Origin: a virus
Lineage: Duplodnaviria > Caudoviricetes
DNA: 54,917 nt
Reading direction: 5' to 3' (one strand)
IMG/VR virus record: IMGVR_UViG_3300049983_000006
Coordinates: 1-54,917 of that record
Position 1 is the first letter of the stretch, and every line of letters starts with the position of its first letter. The notes below the pieces were generated by a model. It was not told where the DNA came from, searched no databases, and saw only the letters and a program-made list of their open reading frames with translations. A program made the position numbers and the translations under genes. Shown here in pieces: positions 19,188 through 28,399 of this stretch.

Positions 19188-19654
19188 GGTCGACCGAGGC
19201 TCCCGAACGCCTCCATGATCTTGTGCGCGACGATGTCCTCCATCAAGGGCACCGAGCGGCTGATTGCGGCCTCAAGGAAGTGGGCGCCCTTGTAGCGCGC
19301 CCTCGGACGGCCCTCCTCGCCGACAGCCGATACGACGATCGAGGTGCCGCGTATATGCAGCGCCTCCGCCCGCTTGGGACGGATCACTCCACGAGGGCTA
19401 CCGCCGAAGTTCAGGAGGCCGGTGATGTCGTCGCCCTTGCGCGGCCCCAGCGTGGTGAGGTAGGCGCCGCGGGTGGTCGCTTTGGTCGTCAGCGCTTGGG
19501 CGACGATCGCCGGAGCTCCCCGCTTCGCCTCTGGAAGGACAGCGCGTTGGCCAGCCTCCTTGAGCCCCTCTTTGACTTTGTCCCTAAGAAGTTTGCGCCC
19601 AGCCTTCAGCTCCTCCTTGGTCTGGAAGTCTTCAAGCCGTGCATGAATCCTCAT
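19184..19654 (-). CDS. Neck/tail completion protein (HK97 gp10-like)
   Basis: Basic protein with LNFGG...IRPK...HFLEAA motifs; synteny. Confidence 0.6.
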   Translation of the reverse strand: MRIHARLEDFQTKEELKAGRKLLRDKVKEGLKEAGQRAVLPEAKRGAPAIVAQALTTKATTRGAYLTTLGPRKGDDITGLLNFGGSPRGVIRPKRAEALHIRGTSIVVSAVGEEGRPRARYKGAHFLEAAISRSVPLMEDIVAHKIMEAFGSLGRP

Positions 19655-20211
19655 GGCAGTACCAGCCGCCTGTAGTCGGAGAGGCCGCCGCGTACCGAAC
19701 TGGCGAGGGCCTCGGGGCGCTCGAAGAATCCGCCGTCGATATTGAAGGTTCGCTCGTAGGCCTGGATGTCGCGGCGCATCCAGAGGGCGATCTGGGTCTT
19801 AGCCAAGTTCTTAATGTCCTCGGGAATTGCTGCGAAGCCCCAGTCCCCTTTGATCGTGACCTCGCACTCCCCCGGATTCGCGGCCAGCTTGATCCACTGG
19901 AAGACGCCGTCGCGATTTGGCAGCGGACGCAGGTGAAAGTCGGAGACGGCAACAAGGCTCGGATTGCTTCCCTCGGTGCCGGTGCGCAACTCGACTACGG
20001 AGCGCAGGTCGAAGGGAGAGAGATTGAGATAGGTGCCGCCACCATGGGCGAAGGTCCGCGTCTCATCAGCGGTCGGCTCGAACTCGCGGTGCGTGTGGTT
20101 CGCAAAGCTACGCGTCACCGCTCCGATTAAGGACGTGAGTAAGGCGTCATCCTCGTCGCCGGCAGAGCCCTGGAGGAAGCCCTTGACCTCCTCCAGGGTG
20201 ACGAGAGCCAC
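19651..20211 (-). CDS. Head-tail connector/adaptor (gp6-like)
   Basis: LVTLEEVKGFL...DDALLTSLI and WGFAAIPEDIK motifs. Confidence 0.8.
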   Translation of the reverse strand: MALVTLEEVKGFLQGSAGDEDDALLTSLIGAVTRSFANHTHREFEPTADETRTFAHGGGTYLNLSPFDLRSVVELRTGTEGSNPSLVAVSDFHLRPLPNRDGVFQWIKLAANPGECEVTIKGDWGFAAIPEDIKNLAKTQIALWMRRDIQAYERTFNIDGGFFERPEALASSVRGGLSDYRRLVLP

Positions 20212-20216
20212 GGTCC

Positions 20217-20414
20217 TTACGCCTTCTGATTCCGGCTACGGGTTGCCCGCTTGCTGGTCGGGGTGTCGAGTAGGCCATCGGCAGACTCCTCAGTCACAGT
20301 CTTCGAAGAGACATCCAGTCCCTCCGGGATCGGCTGGCCCGCTGGTACGACGACGACGCTTTGACCGAGGGCGTTTTTCTGAACGATGTCCTCGGAGGCG
20401 ATCTCTAGCTTCAT
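20217..20414 (-). CDS. Small hypothetical protein after the capsid gene
   Basis: ATG at 20414 with AAAGGAG RBS. Confidence 0.6.
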   Translation of the reverse strand: MKLEIASEDIVQKNALGQSVVVVPAGQPIPEGLDVSSKTVTEESADGLLDTPTSKRATRSRNQKA

Positions 20415-20459
20415 CTTCTGCTCCTTTCGAAGCGCTTGGGAGTTGAGTAAGGCCATTGC

Positions 20460-20493
20460 AAAAAACCCCAGCGAGCCGCAAAGCCCGCTGGGG
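20460..20493 (-). terminator. Intrinsic terminator after the major capsid gene
   Basis: Minus strand reads CCCCAGCGGGC-TTTGCG-GCTCGCTGGGG followed by T6. Confidence 0.8.
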
Positions 20494-20509
20494 GGAAGCT
20501 GAACCCGGC

Positions 20510-21835
20510 CTACAGGCCCGTGACTTTGCAGAAGGCGGGAGGCATCTGGACACCAAATGCAGCCCGCGTCTCAGCGAGGATCGCGATCAGGTTCTTGATA
20601 AAGAAGTCCGAGTGCGAGTCGGACGCCAGAATCTGAACGCCTTCACGGAGCCACAGAGTCGCCCAGTACCAAGCACCGACGATGCCCGTTCCTGCGGTGA
20701 CGGCAGCCGTGACAGCCACCGGCTTGCCCCAGAGCTGTTCGGTGCCGGCGGCAGCCGGCGGTCCGTACAGGTAGCCACCCGTGCCGGCGGTGGCACCGCT
20801 GTCATCGCGGGAGAGGCGGACTTTCTCCCAGTCGGTCGGGAACAGCGCCACGCCGGTGGGCTCGATGTACCCGAGACGCATCTGCGTCATACCTTTGTGG
20901 ACGGCGTCGGCGACGGAGTCAGAGCCCTTTGCCTGGCCCAGGATGTTGGGCGTGTTGAGGATGCCCAACAGGTTGTCCCCGGTGCCGTTACCCGCTACGA
21001 CCTGATTCTCCATGCGGAGCTCCAGCCCGTAGCGCAACTGCCCGTCCACAATGGTCCGGAGCTGCCCCGCGTCGGAGAGCGCCCGACGGGTGGACGGGAT
21101 CCAGTGAGCGATCGTGCTGACCGCTTCGCTGACCTTTTCGAACGCGAGGGAGGCCTCCGGCTTGGTGCCGGTTGCGAGGGTCGTCGCCTCCGCGATCTCC
21201 GCCGCCACGTTCGTGAACGTGTTCTGACGAACCCACTCCACGGTGTCGGAGTCGGTGGTGCCGGTGGTGATCAGGTCGAGCACGGTCCGCGTCCGCTGCG
21301 GCTGCGGGACGTACCCCTTGTGGTCGGGCTCGACAAACGCGCCCGCCGAGGTCTCACTTCCACCGGTCAACAGCGAAGCCTTGAGCTCCTGTACCGATCC
21401 CTGCGCAAGGCGGGCATTGAACTTCGCGTGCTCGCTCTCCAGGAGGCCGGACGCTTTCAGCTCCTTGTAGGAGTCGCCCTCGACAGCGGCAGCACCCAAG
21501 GGCAGCGGCGCCTCGTGACGGGACAGGCGCGCAATCCCCTCGGCGATGCTCGGCCCGTCGTCCCCGGCCTTCGGGGGCTCGTCGCCGCTCATCGCGCGGA
21601 AGACGCCGTCGCGCACAGCCTCGAGATTCGCCAGCTCCTCCGAAGAAGCGCTGTACTCCTTGTTGATCGCGTCCATTTCTTTGAACGCCTCTGACTCGGT
21701 GTTGTTGGCATCCTCGCCTGCGCTGGCGAACTTGTCGCGGGCGGCCTCAAAGGCCGACCATTTCTCCTGGGCCTCGGTGCGCTTCTCCGAGATCTGGTCG
21801 TTCACCTCGGTTAGCTTGTCTTTCAAAGCGGGCAT
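20510..21835 (-). CDS. HK97-family major capsid protein
   Basis: N-terminal coiled-coil delta domain; KPEASLAF, TIAHWIP, GNGTGDNLLGI and DFFIKNLIAILAETR motifs. Confidence 0.95.
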   Translation of the reverse strand: MPALKDKLTEVNDQISEKRTEAQEKWSAFEAARDKFASAGEDANNTESEAFKEMDAINKEYSASSEELANLEAVRDGVFRAMSGDEPPKAGDDGPSIAEGIARLSRHEAPLPLGAAAVEGDSYKELKASGLLESEHAKFNARLAQGSVQELKASLLTGGSETSAGAFVEPDHKGYVPQPQRTRTVLDLITTGTTDSDTVEWVRQNTFTNVAAEIAEATTLATGTKPEASLAFEKVSEAVSTIAHWIPSTRRALSDAGQLRTIVDGQLRYGLELRMENQVVAGNGTGDNLLGILNTPNILGQAKGSDSVADAVHKGMTQMRLGYIEPTGVALFPTDWEKVRLSRDDSGATAGTGGYLYGPPAAAGTEQLWGKPVAVTAAVTAGTGIVGAWYWATLWLREGVQILASDSHSDFFIKNLIAILAETRAAFGVQMPPAFCKVTGL

Positions 21836-21841
21836 TGCTGA

Positions 21842-22867
21842 CTACCTTTCGTTCTTGTGTTTTGGTTTCTGCGTAGCCAGCCGTGCGATCCTCGCCCGCT
21901 CCTCCTCGGCGCCTGCCTTGGGTTCGGGCTTGTCGATGGGCTGTTCTTCGTTTGGTTTCGAAGTTGGTTGTGAGGCTGCGTGGAACTCGGTTGCATCTCC
22001 CTCGAGCGACACGCGAAGAGCCCCGGTTTTTGCCGAAGTTGCACCGGTCCCGGCAAGCTTCGAGACGGTTCCCTCGAAGGACTCCACTCGGTCGGCCATG
22101 CCGAGTTCCACCGCCCGCTTGGCGGTGACTACTCGGCCCTCTCCAAATCCCGACCGGACGACGTTCGCGGTGACGCCACGTCCAGCCGCCACCCCCGCAA
22201 TGAAAAGCTCGTAGAAGTCGTCCACGATCTCCTTGCGAGCTTGAAAGGCCTCCTCGCTCAGGGCTTCGTTTTCGTTGCCCTCGACCTTGTATTTGCCGGC
22301 GGCAATGTAGGTGGGCTTCACCCCGAGCTGCTCGTTGTAGCCAGTCCAGTCGGAGTGGATAAGGAAGACACCGATCGACCCGACCATCCCGCTTGGGGTG
22401 ACGACAATTTCATCGGCGGCCGATGCCAGCCAGTAGGCGCCTGAGGCGGCCATCGTGTTGGAGATCGCGATGATCGGCTTCGTCCCGCGGTAGCCCCGGA
22501 TTTCGTCGGCGACCTCTGGCATCAAGTCGGTGGACCCACCAGGCGAATCGATGTCCAAAAGAATCGATCCGATTTCCTCGCTTGCAACGGCTTCACGGAG
22601 GCAGGCGCGAAATTGACGGAGACCGCCTCCGCCGCCGAACAGGAGGCTGACCAACGAGGGACGAGCCGTGATCAGCCCGCGCAGCGAGATGACAGCGACC
22701 CCACCGGTGACAGGGACATCCGCAGCGGCGGCCTGAACAGGTGCCTCAGCCGTTGGCAGTTGCGCAGCAAGCCGCTCGCCGATCAGGGTGAGGGACTCCT
22801 CCCGAACTGCCCAAGTCGAAGATTCCTGCAGACAGGGAACAGCAACGCGCGAGCGCGTGGACTCCAT
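21842..22867 (-). CDS. S49-family (SppA/ClpP-like) prohead protease
   Basis: LDIDSPGG, AASGAYWLAS, VGSIGV and AGKYK motifs; lies between portal and capsid. Confidence 0.9.
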   Translation of the reverse strand: MESTRSRVAVPCLQESSTWAVREESLTLIGERLAAQLPTAEAPVQAAAADVPVTGGVAVISLRGLITARPSLVSLLFGGGGGLRQFRACLREAVASEEIGSILLDIDSPGGSTDLMPEVADEIRGYRGTKPIIAISNTMAASGAYWLASAADEIVVTPSGMVGSIGVFLIHSDWTGYNEQLGVKPTYIAAGKYKVEGNENEALSEEAFQARKEIVDDFYELFIAGVAAGRGVTANVVRSGFGEGRVVTAKRAVELGMADRVESFEGTVSKLAGTGATSAKTGALRVSLEGDATEFHAASQPTSKPNEEQPIDKPEPKAGAEEERARIARLATQKPKHKNER

Positions 22868-22882
22868 GTGGATCTCCTTTGG

Positions 22883-24391
22883 TCAGGCGCCGAGCGCCGA
22901 GAAGAACTGCTTGATCTGGTCTAGGTCGCCGTCGGCTTGGATCAGGCCGTTCTCGATCGTGGTGCCGAGGGCTGAGGCCGCCTCTTCGTCTCCAGAGTCA
23001 TCAGCCAGCTCGCGCTCGAAGCGGGCTCGATCGAAGAGGTCACCACTGGCGGCCCCTGCGCCGGCGCGGGTCAGCACACGGTCGCGAGCCCGTCCAACGT
23101 GAGAAGCGACCGTCTCGGCGTCCGTGCCAGCTTCTTTGTCCCCGTCATCCTCAGCACCGAGAGGTTTCAGATTGTTGCTCTGGATCAGCGGCAGGTCCGC
23201 CCACGGGTGATCGTGTGGGGGCAGGCCCTCCATTTTCCGACCGTCGTTGATCGTGTAGAGGCCCGCTTCGATTCCCTTGGTGATCGCCGGGATTCGCTTC
23301 TCTGGGTCGCCTTTCAACTGCTCGTTCAGATCGAACTCGACGAAGTGCCCCTCAAAGGCCGGCTCGGAATCAATGAGCTGCGCCTGAAGCGTTTCCTGGA
23401 TGAAGACGAGCCAAGGGCCAAGGACCGTCGTGAAGAGCATCTTGTGCTGCTCGGTGATGTTGGAGAAAGTTGCTTTCTCCAAATCGCCGATCATTGGGGG
23501 CGGCATGTCGTAGACCGCTGCCACTTCTTCGCGGTTCAGCTTCCGCGACTCGATCAGCTCTGCCTCTTTAGCGGTCTGCGAGAACGGCTTCCAGTCCATC
23601 CCGCCGCCGAGGAGAAGCATGCGGAAGGCATTGTCGATACCGCCGTGAGTCTGTTCGATCTGCGCCCGGAGTTCGTTGATCTCCTCCGGTTTCAGCTTTG
23701 CGTCTTTGTCAGCAACAAGAGCGCCAGATGGCCGGACCGCGTTATCGAAGGAGCCGGTCGCGTAGCGCTGAGCGGCGTCCTCCAGCTTGATCGTGGTTCC
23801 GAGTTGTTGTAGAGGAGAGACGCCGAGGTCACCATCAGGCGCCGCCCATGCGAAGTGGATGACGTCGGCGGGATCGAGGAACTTCGACTTCCCGGTCTGG
23901 GTCGTCTCCCAGAACAACACCCCGCCCCGCTCGTCGAGATGTGGAAGCAGGAACCGCCAGTCGAGTGGAAGGAATCCAGTGACGGGGCCACCGCGGCGTT
24001 GGCGGAGCTTCCCAAGCACGGAGTTGCCGTGAAGAGTGGTCGGGAAAGAGATCGCCTGCTTCAGGCTGAAGGCCGAGCCGCGGTTCCACGGCGTTCGAAG
24101 GACATCGGGCAGGCTGCCGGTGGAGACTTCCTGCCGGTTGTTCTGAGAGTCGCGGGTGTAGACCTTCAGTGGCAGTCGCGAAATCTGGCGGGACAGTTTG
24201 TTGGTGTTCACCGCCACCCAGGGCTGAGTGCGATAGAGCTGTGCATAGGAGACGGTCAGGCCACCGGTGAGGCCAACGTTCCCGGCGCCGTAGCTGCCGT
24301 AGGCACCTAGAGGAACTGAAGGACGCGAGAGCGACGAGGTGCGGCCGCTCGCCGTAACGAGTTTGCCGCCGGCGGTCTCAAGGACCGTCAT
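22883..24391 (-). CDS. HK97-family portal protein
   Basis: ISRLPLKVY, HGNS, GVSPL, ATFSNITEQ and FVEFD...LKGD motifs. Confidence 0.95.
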   Translation of the reverse strand: MTVLETAGGKLVTASGRTSSLSRPSVPLGAYGSYGAGNVGLTGGLTVSYAQLYRTQPWVAVNTNKLSRQISRLPLKVYTRDSQNNRQEVSTGSLPDVLRTPWNRGSAFSLKQAISFPTTLHGNSVLGKLRQRRGGPVTGFLPLDWRFLLPHLDERGGVLFWETTQTGKSKFLDPADVIHFAWAAPDGDLGVSPLQQLGTTIKLEDAAQRYATGSFDNAVRPSGALVADKDAKLKPEEINELRAQIEQTHGGIDNAFRMLLLGGGMDWKPFSQTAKEAELIESRKLNREEVAAVYDMPPPMIGDLEKATFSNITEQHKMLFTTVLGPWLVFIQETLQAQLIDSEPAFEGHFVEFDLNEQLKGDPEKRIPAITKGIEAGLYTINDGRKMEGLPPHDHPWADLPLIQSNNLKPLGAEDDGDKEAGTDAETVASHVGRARDRVLTRAGAGAASGDLFDRARFERELADDSGDEEAASALGTTIENGLIQADGDLDQIKQFFSALGA

Positions 24392-24683
24392 CGCTCAGCA
24401 CCTGGATCCACGAAAGGTTCTGGCTGGGAATGACTGCCGGGCCGCTCAACTTCTCGACTTGAGCCTCTCCCAAGTACTCGGGTGCATCCAGGACTACGCA
24501 GTCCTCGTAGTCAGCGCAGAGCACGCCGCGGATGGAGCGGTCGTCCTTGGTGTGGACGAGGACCCGCCGACGCACGAGCTCCCGGAAGTACTCCCGGGGT
24601 CGACGGGCACGCCGGTTGGCGAGGACCGCTGCAGGCACCCCCAGAAACACAGCCGCAGCGAAGAACGAAAGGAGGAAGGTCAT
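24378..24683 (-). CDS. Membrane-anchored Sm/LSm-like fold protein
   Basis: N-terminal hydrophobic helix, then VLVHTKDDRSIRGVL...VVLDAPE...VIPSQNLSWIQ resembling Sm1/Sm2 motifs. Confidence 0.5.
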   Translation of the reverse strand: MTFLLSFFAAAVFLGVPAAVLANRRARRPREYFRELVRRRVLVHTKDDRSIRGVLCADYEDCVVLDAPEYLGEAQVEKLSGPAVIPSQNLSWIQVLSDDGP

Positions 24684-26347
24684 GCCAGCACCGCGATGAA
24701 GGGCCGAGTTCCTCCGCCATCAAGAACTTCTTCCACACCCATCTGTAGACAAATGCAGGCGTCGATCAGCTTCTTCGACTTGGCCTTGGAGAAACGCCAA
24801 CCCTCGCCGGCGGGGATCGCCGCGGCGGACAGGACATGGGAGCGCAGTACCGGGTCCCCGTCATGGCGGAAGCCGTCTTCATTGATGATGTCGTAGAGCT
24901 TTTTCGACGCTGGGATCTGGCGGCTCAGCCGCTGCGGAAACTCGATCATGAAGAAGCCCTCGTCCTCAAGTTCCTCGGGATCGAAGAGATGCGGGTCGTA
25001 GATGACGCCAAGGACTTCTCCTTCGGTCTCGTTGATTTTGCGGATGTGCGCACGCACGAGCGATTGACGGATGGTCTCCTCGTCGACCAGCTCATGAGCA
25101 GCAGGCTGCGGGCGTCCGGCGACCTTGATCCGTCGGGCCCAAACGTGGGCCTTGGGGATCAGCTTCCCTCGCTCCTCGTCCAAGTAGAGCTGCGTGACCG
25201 CGCAGCCATCCGACTTCTGCGCGTAGTCGACGATGACGTAGCGAGGCTCGCCGACGGGGATCGTCGATCCGTCGTCCATCCCGTCCCAGACTGGAGCCTT
25301 GATGATCGCGTCTGCGGCCTGAGCCCAGACGTTTGCCCGGTAGCGCTGGAAGGTGGAGGGCTCCAGGGTCTCGTGGCCATCTTCGAGGCCAGCGATCGTG
25401 ACGAAGGAGGCTGGGTTGGCGAGCTTGACGACTTCCATGTCATCGAGGTCGTCGTCGGAATTGCACGCCCACTCCAGCATGCAGGTGTTTCCCGAGGGCG
25501 CTTCGATGATCGTCAGCCGGCCGTCCTTGTGCTGTTGCGGCAGCCCTCGGGCATTGATCTTCAGTTCCCGGCTGATCTTCCCGCCGGTCGTCTCGTAGTC
25601 GTACATCTTCGCCCGCTTGATGCCGAGGACCGAGGTCTCCTCATCATGGCCAGCGGTCGAAATCGTGATGACCAACCCGCCGCGCTTGAAGGTCGCCGAG
25701 CGCAGCGCCGTGTAGAGGCTGTCGTTTTCGTGGGCGTGAAGCTCGTCGATCAGCGCCAGTGAGGGGTTATAGGAGTGGCGCTTTCCTCCCTGTTTCGACT
25801 GGTCGGACGCCAGCACCTTGATAAAGCCCTGGTCCCGCTTCGAACGGATTTCGCGGGTGGACTTGCGTAGCTCGAGGCGAGCTTCGAGTTCCGGCTCAGA
25901 GTCGATGAAGTGACTCGCGAAGCGGTACATCGTTTTCGCCTGCTCGCCGTCAGCGGCACCAATGAAGCACTCGGCGTTGTCGGTGACCAGCAGGTGGAAG
26001 ACGGCGAGGGCGGCGAAGAGGAGCGTCTTGCCGTTTCCCTTCGGGAGGAGGACCAGGAGCTCGGCGCGCCCCGTCTTGAAGGCCATCTTCAGGATGAAAC
26101 GCTGGAACGGCTCCAGCCTCAGCGGCTTGGGAGGACCCGTGTACCCGACTTCGACCACCGGCAGGGTCAGAAGCTCGGCGAACCATATGAACCACTCAAG
26201 GCTCCACCGCATGTCGCCGGCGGGCCGCTTGGTCGGCTGCCACCTAAAGCCCGAACTTGCCGCCTTTCTCTGCCCGCCTCTTTTCGATTTCGTGTTGCTC
26301 GCGGGCTTTCGGCGTGAGGAGGAGGTCTTTGGCGTACTCGTGGGCAT
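24680..26347 (-). CDS. terL: Terminase large subunit (start may be the ATG near 26212)
   Basis: Walker A PKGNGKT, Walker B LIDELH, ISTAG coupling motif, C-terminal RNase H-like IDA motif. Confidence 0.95.
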   Translation of the reverse strand: MPTSTPKTSSSRRKPASNTKSKRGGQRKAASSGFRWQPTKRPAGDMRWSLEWFIWFAELLTLPVVEVGYTGPPKPLRLEPFQRFILKMAFKTGRAELLVLLPKGNGKTLLFAALAVFHLLVTDNAECFIGAADGEQAKTMYRFASHFIDSEPELEARLELRKSTREIRSKRDQGFIKVLASDQSKQGGKRHSYNPSLALIDELHAHENDSLYTALRSATFKRGGLVITISTAGHDEETSVLGIKRAKMYDYETTGGKISRELKINARGLPQQHKDGRLTIIEAPSGNTCMLEWACNSDDDLDDMEVVKLANPASFVTIAGLEDGHETLEPSTFQRYRANVWAQAADAIIKAPVWDGMDDGSTIPVGEPRYVIVDYAQKSDGCAVTQLYLDEERGKLIPKAHVWARRIKVAGRPQPAAHELVDEETIRQSLVRAHIRKINETEGEVLGVIYDPHLFDPEELEDEGFFMIEFPQRLSRQIPASKKLYDIINEDGFRHDGDPVLRSHVLSAAAIPAGEGWRFSKAKSKKLIDACICLQMGVEEVLDGGGTRPFIAVLA

Positions 26348-26624
26348 CTCGCTCCGCCTCGCGTGCAGTCTTTACGTTGGGGTGCTGGACTAGCTGACCC
26401 TGAGAGCCATCTGCAGTTAGCTGCTGGCGACCCTTGGTCCGCGGCAGGGCGTCGCGAGCGATTCGCGCTCGTTCGACCGCCCGGACATAGCGCTCGAGCG
26501 CTGGCATGTCGGACTCGTGCCAGGTGCTCTGCTCCTCAAGCTGCTTCTGAGTCTTTTTCCAAAGCACCTTTGACTCGGAGTCGAAGTCCTCTGGAGGGGG
26601 AAATTTGGCGCGCGGCATGCTCAC
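26244..26624 (-). CDS. terS: Terminase small subunit, P27 family
   Basis: PPP...W...D...LERY...HP...LLLTPKAR pattern; directly upstream of TerL. Confidence 0.9.
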   Translation of the reverse strand: MSMPRAKFPPPEDFDSESKVLWKKTQKQLEEQSTWHESDMPALERYVRAVERARIARDALPRTKGRQQLTADGSQGQLVQHPNVKTAREAERDAHEYAKDLLLTPKAREQHEIEKRRAEKGGKFGL

Positions 26625-26780
26625 CTCAGATTGAAAAGGGAACAGAAAGGAACATCAGCCGCGCGCGTGCGCGTCTATATAGAGCGGGAACGAAAACCCA
26701 GCCGAATCCGAGTTTTTCGTTTTCGTGGCTAACGGCGCTGCTGTAGAGGGGGTCGCTGGAGATTCTTGACCCCCCTCCCC
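26625..26780. other. Putative cos/packaging-site region
   Basis: Intergenic gap between HNH and terS; minus strand has GGGGAGGGGGGTCAAGAATCT...CAGCGCCG...CGAAAACGAAAAA, as expected in HNH/P27-terminase cos phages. Confidence 0.5.
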
Positions 26781-27107
26781 TCACACCCGACGCTTCCCGT
26801 GTCGTCGGAGGTGGCAGTCGCGACAGCGGGTGCGAAGGTTGTCTTCGTCGTTGGTGCCGCCCTGCTCCAGTGGTATCTCGTGGTCAACTTCAAGGTCAAG
26901 AGCGGAGTTGCAGCGCTTGCCGTCGATGATCTCGGTGCAGCGCCAGCCGTCCCGTCGCTTCACCCGTTCCTTTATGGCGGTCCACTCCCAGCCGGAGGTG
27001 ATGCCGCCTCGTCTCTCTGCCTCGTGCTGCTTGCGGTGTTTGGGGCAGCGGGTCTGGTTGCTTAGCTCACTGCACCGGGGTTCGATGCAGCGGCGGACCG
27101 GAGACAC
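26781..27107 (-). CDS. HNH endonuclease (terminase-associated)
   Basis: RDGWRC, VDHEIPLEQGG, NLRTRCRDCH motifs. Confidence 0.92.
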   Translation of the reverse strand: MSPVRRCIEPRCSELSNQTRCPKHRKQHEAERRGGITSGWEWTAIKERVKRRDGWRCTEIIDGKRCNSALDLEVDHEIPLEQGGTNDEDNLRTRCRDCHLRRHGKRRV

Positions 27108-27110
27108 GGG

Positions 27111-27542
27111 CTACTGCGGTGGTGCTGCGGTGGTTCCGACATAGACGCGTCGCTCCGGGCGCCATGAAGGGACAACGCGGTAGAGCAGCTTGAGAAGACG
27201 CGGGTGGTCGACCAGCCAGCGGAGACGGGGGCGAAGGCTCTCGATGACCAAGCGGCGGGCCTGACGCTCACGAGCATCATTGAGAGTCTTGGCGTAGGCG
27301 CGGGCTTGGTCGGCTGCCCAGGTCTGGACCTCATCGAGGATCGGATCGAGGTAGAGGTCAGCGCCCCCGTCTCGCGAGGGCTTGATCTCCGCGATCGTGT
27401 ACTTGAGCGCTCGTCCCCGCTCGTTGATCCGGACCTCTTGACCCACACGAAGCTTGTCGACGTCGATGCCGAAGAGGCCGCCGCTCACGTGGAGGAAGGG
27501 ACGGAGGACTGGCGTCTCATCGAACACCGCGTACTCGTTCAT
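27111..27542 (-). CDS. Hypothetical protein
   Basis: 143-aa ORF coupled by ATGA to the oxidoreductase gene. Confidence 0.6.
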   Translation of the reverse strand: MNEYAVFDETPVLRPFLHVSGGLFGIDVDKLRVGQEVRINERGRALKYTIAEIKPSRDGGADLYLDPILDEVQTWAADQARAYAKTLNDARERQARRLVIESLRPRLRWLVDHPRLLKLLYRVVPSWRPERRVYVGTTAAPPQ

Positions 27543-28399
27543 ACCGCCACCATAGACCGTGCTCCGGTAACAGCCATCTCCTCAGCGATCGACAGGGCGG
27601 CAGTACCAGAACTGCCGTCTCCGGCGAAGAAGGCCTCCCACTCTCGCAGCAACGGTTCCCCTTGATCGACTGGGAGTGCGATGCGAATGATGCCTGGTGC
27701 CAGGAGGCCGAGGGTCTGACGCTGGTAGTCGAGCTGGAGCGCGCCTTCGTCGCCGACTACTTCCAGAGCCCGGACCTTGTTCGAATGCAGGTGGCTGGCT
27801 TCCAATGAGATGGAAGGCGTACCGGGGATCACCAGGGGAGAGATGTGCTGGGCGGCCAGGAGGGCAGCGACGTGGTGGTCGCCCCGAACTACATGCTCAA
27901 GGCGGAGGTTGAAGCCGAGCGCGTCGAGGACGTCCAGGTCGTGGGTGGCGAGGTCGAAGATGGGGTCCCCTCCGCGGTCGCTCGCATAGCCGAGCCGACG
28001 TATGTGGATATGGCGGACGGTGCCTACCCGGTGGAGGTGGTTAGCGAGGGCCTGCACCGCAGGGTTGAACCGCTCGGTGTAGCCGACGAGGAGGCGGCAG
28101 TCGTTGATGGCCGCGCAGTGCTGAGCTGCCTCTAGCTGATCGACGGTGAAGGAGCCGGGCTTCTCTACCAGCACATCCTTGCCGCGTTCGATCCAGAGTG
28201 CCGCTATGCGGTTGAGGTCTTCAATCGGAGTCGCCACGCACACGGCGTGGGGCCAGTCCACCAAGTCCTGCGTAAGCATGTGGTGCTGCGCCCCGGAGGT
28301 GGTGCTGGGGTCCAGCGTCTTTACGGCGTGGCCCATCTCCTCAAGGACGCGGGCGTGGTTCTTCCCCATCACTCCATAGCCGACAACAAGGATGTTCAT
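27539..28399 (-). CDS. Gfo/Idh/MocA-family NAD-dependent (nucleotide-sugar 3-)dehydrogenase, GnnA/WlbA/WbpB-like
   Basis: VVGYGVMGKNHARV, VLVEKP, VGYTERFNPAV and DLATHDLD motifs; start at 28399 by ATGA overlap. Confidence 0.9.
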   Translation of the reverse strand: MNILVVGYGVMGKNHARVLEEMGHAVKTLDPSTTSGAQHHMLTQDLVDWPHAVCVATPIEDLNRIAALWIERGKDVLVEKPGSFTVDQLEAAQHCAAINDCRLLVGYTERFNPAVQALANHLHRVGTVRHIHIRRLGYASDRGGDPIFDLATHDLDVLDALGFNLRLEHVVRGDHHVAALLAAQHISPLVIPGTPSISLEASHLHSNKVRALEVVGDEGALQLDYQRQTLGLLAPGIIRIALPVDQGEPLLREWEAFFAGDGSSGTAALSIAEEMAVTGARSMVAV

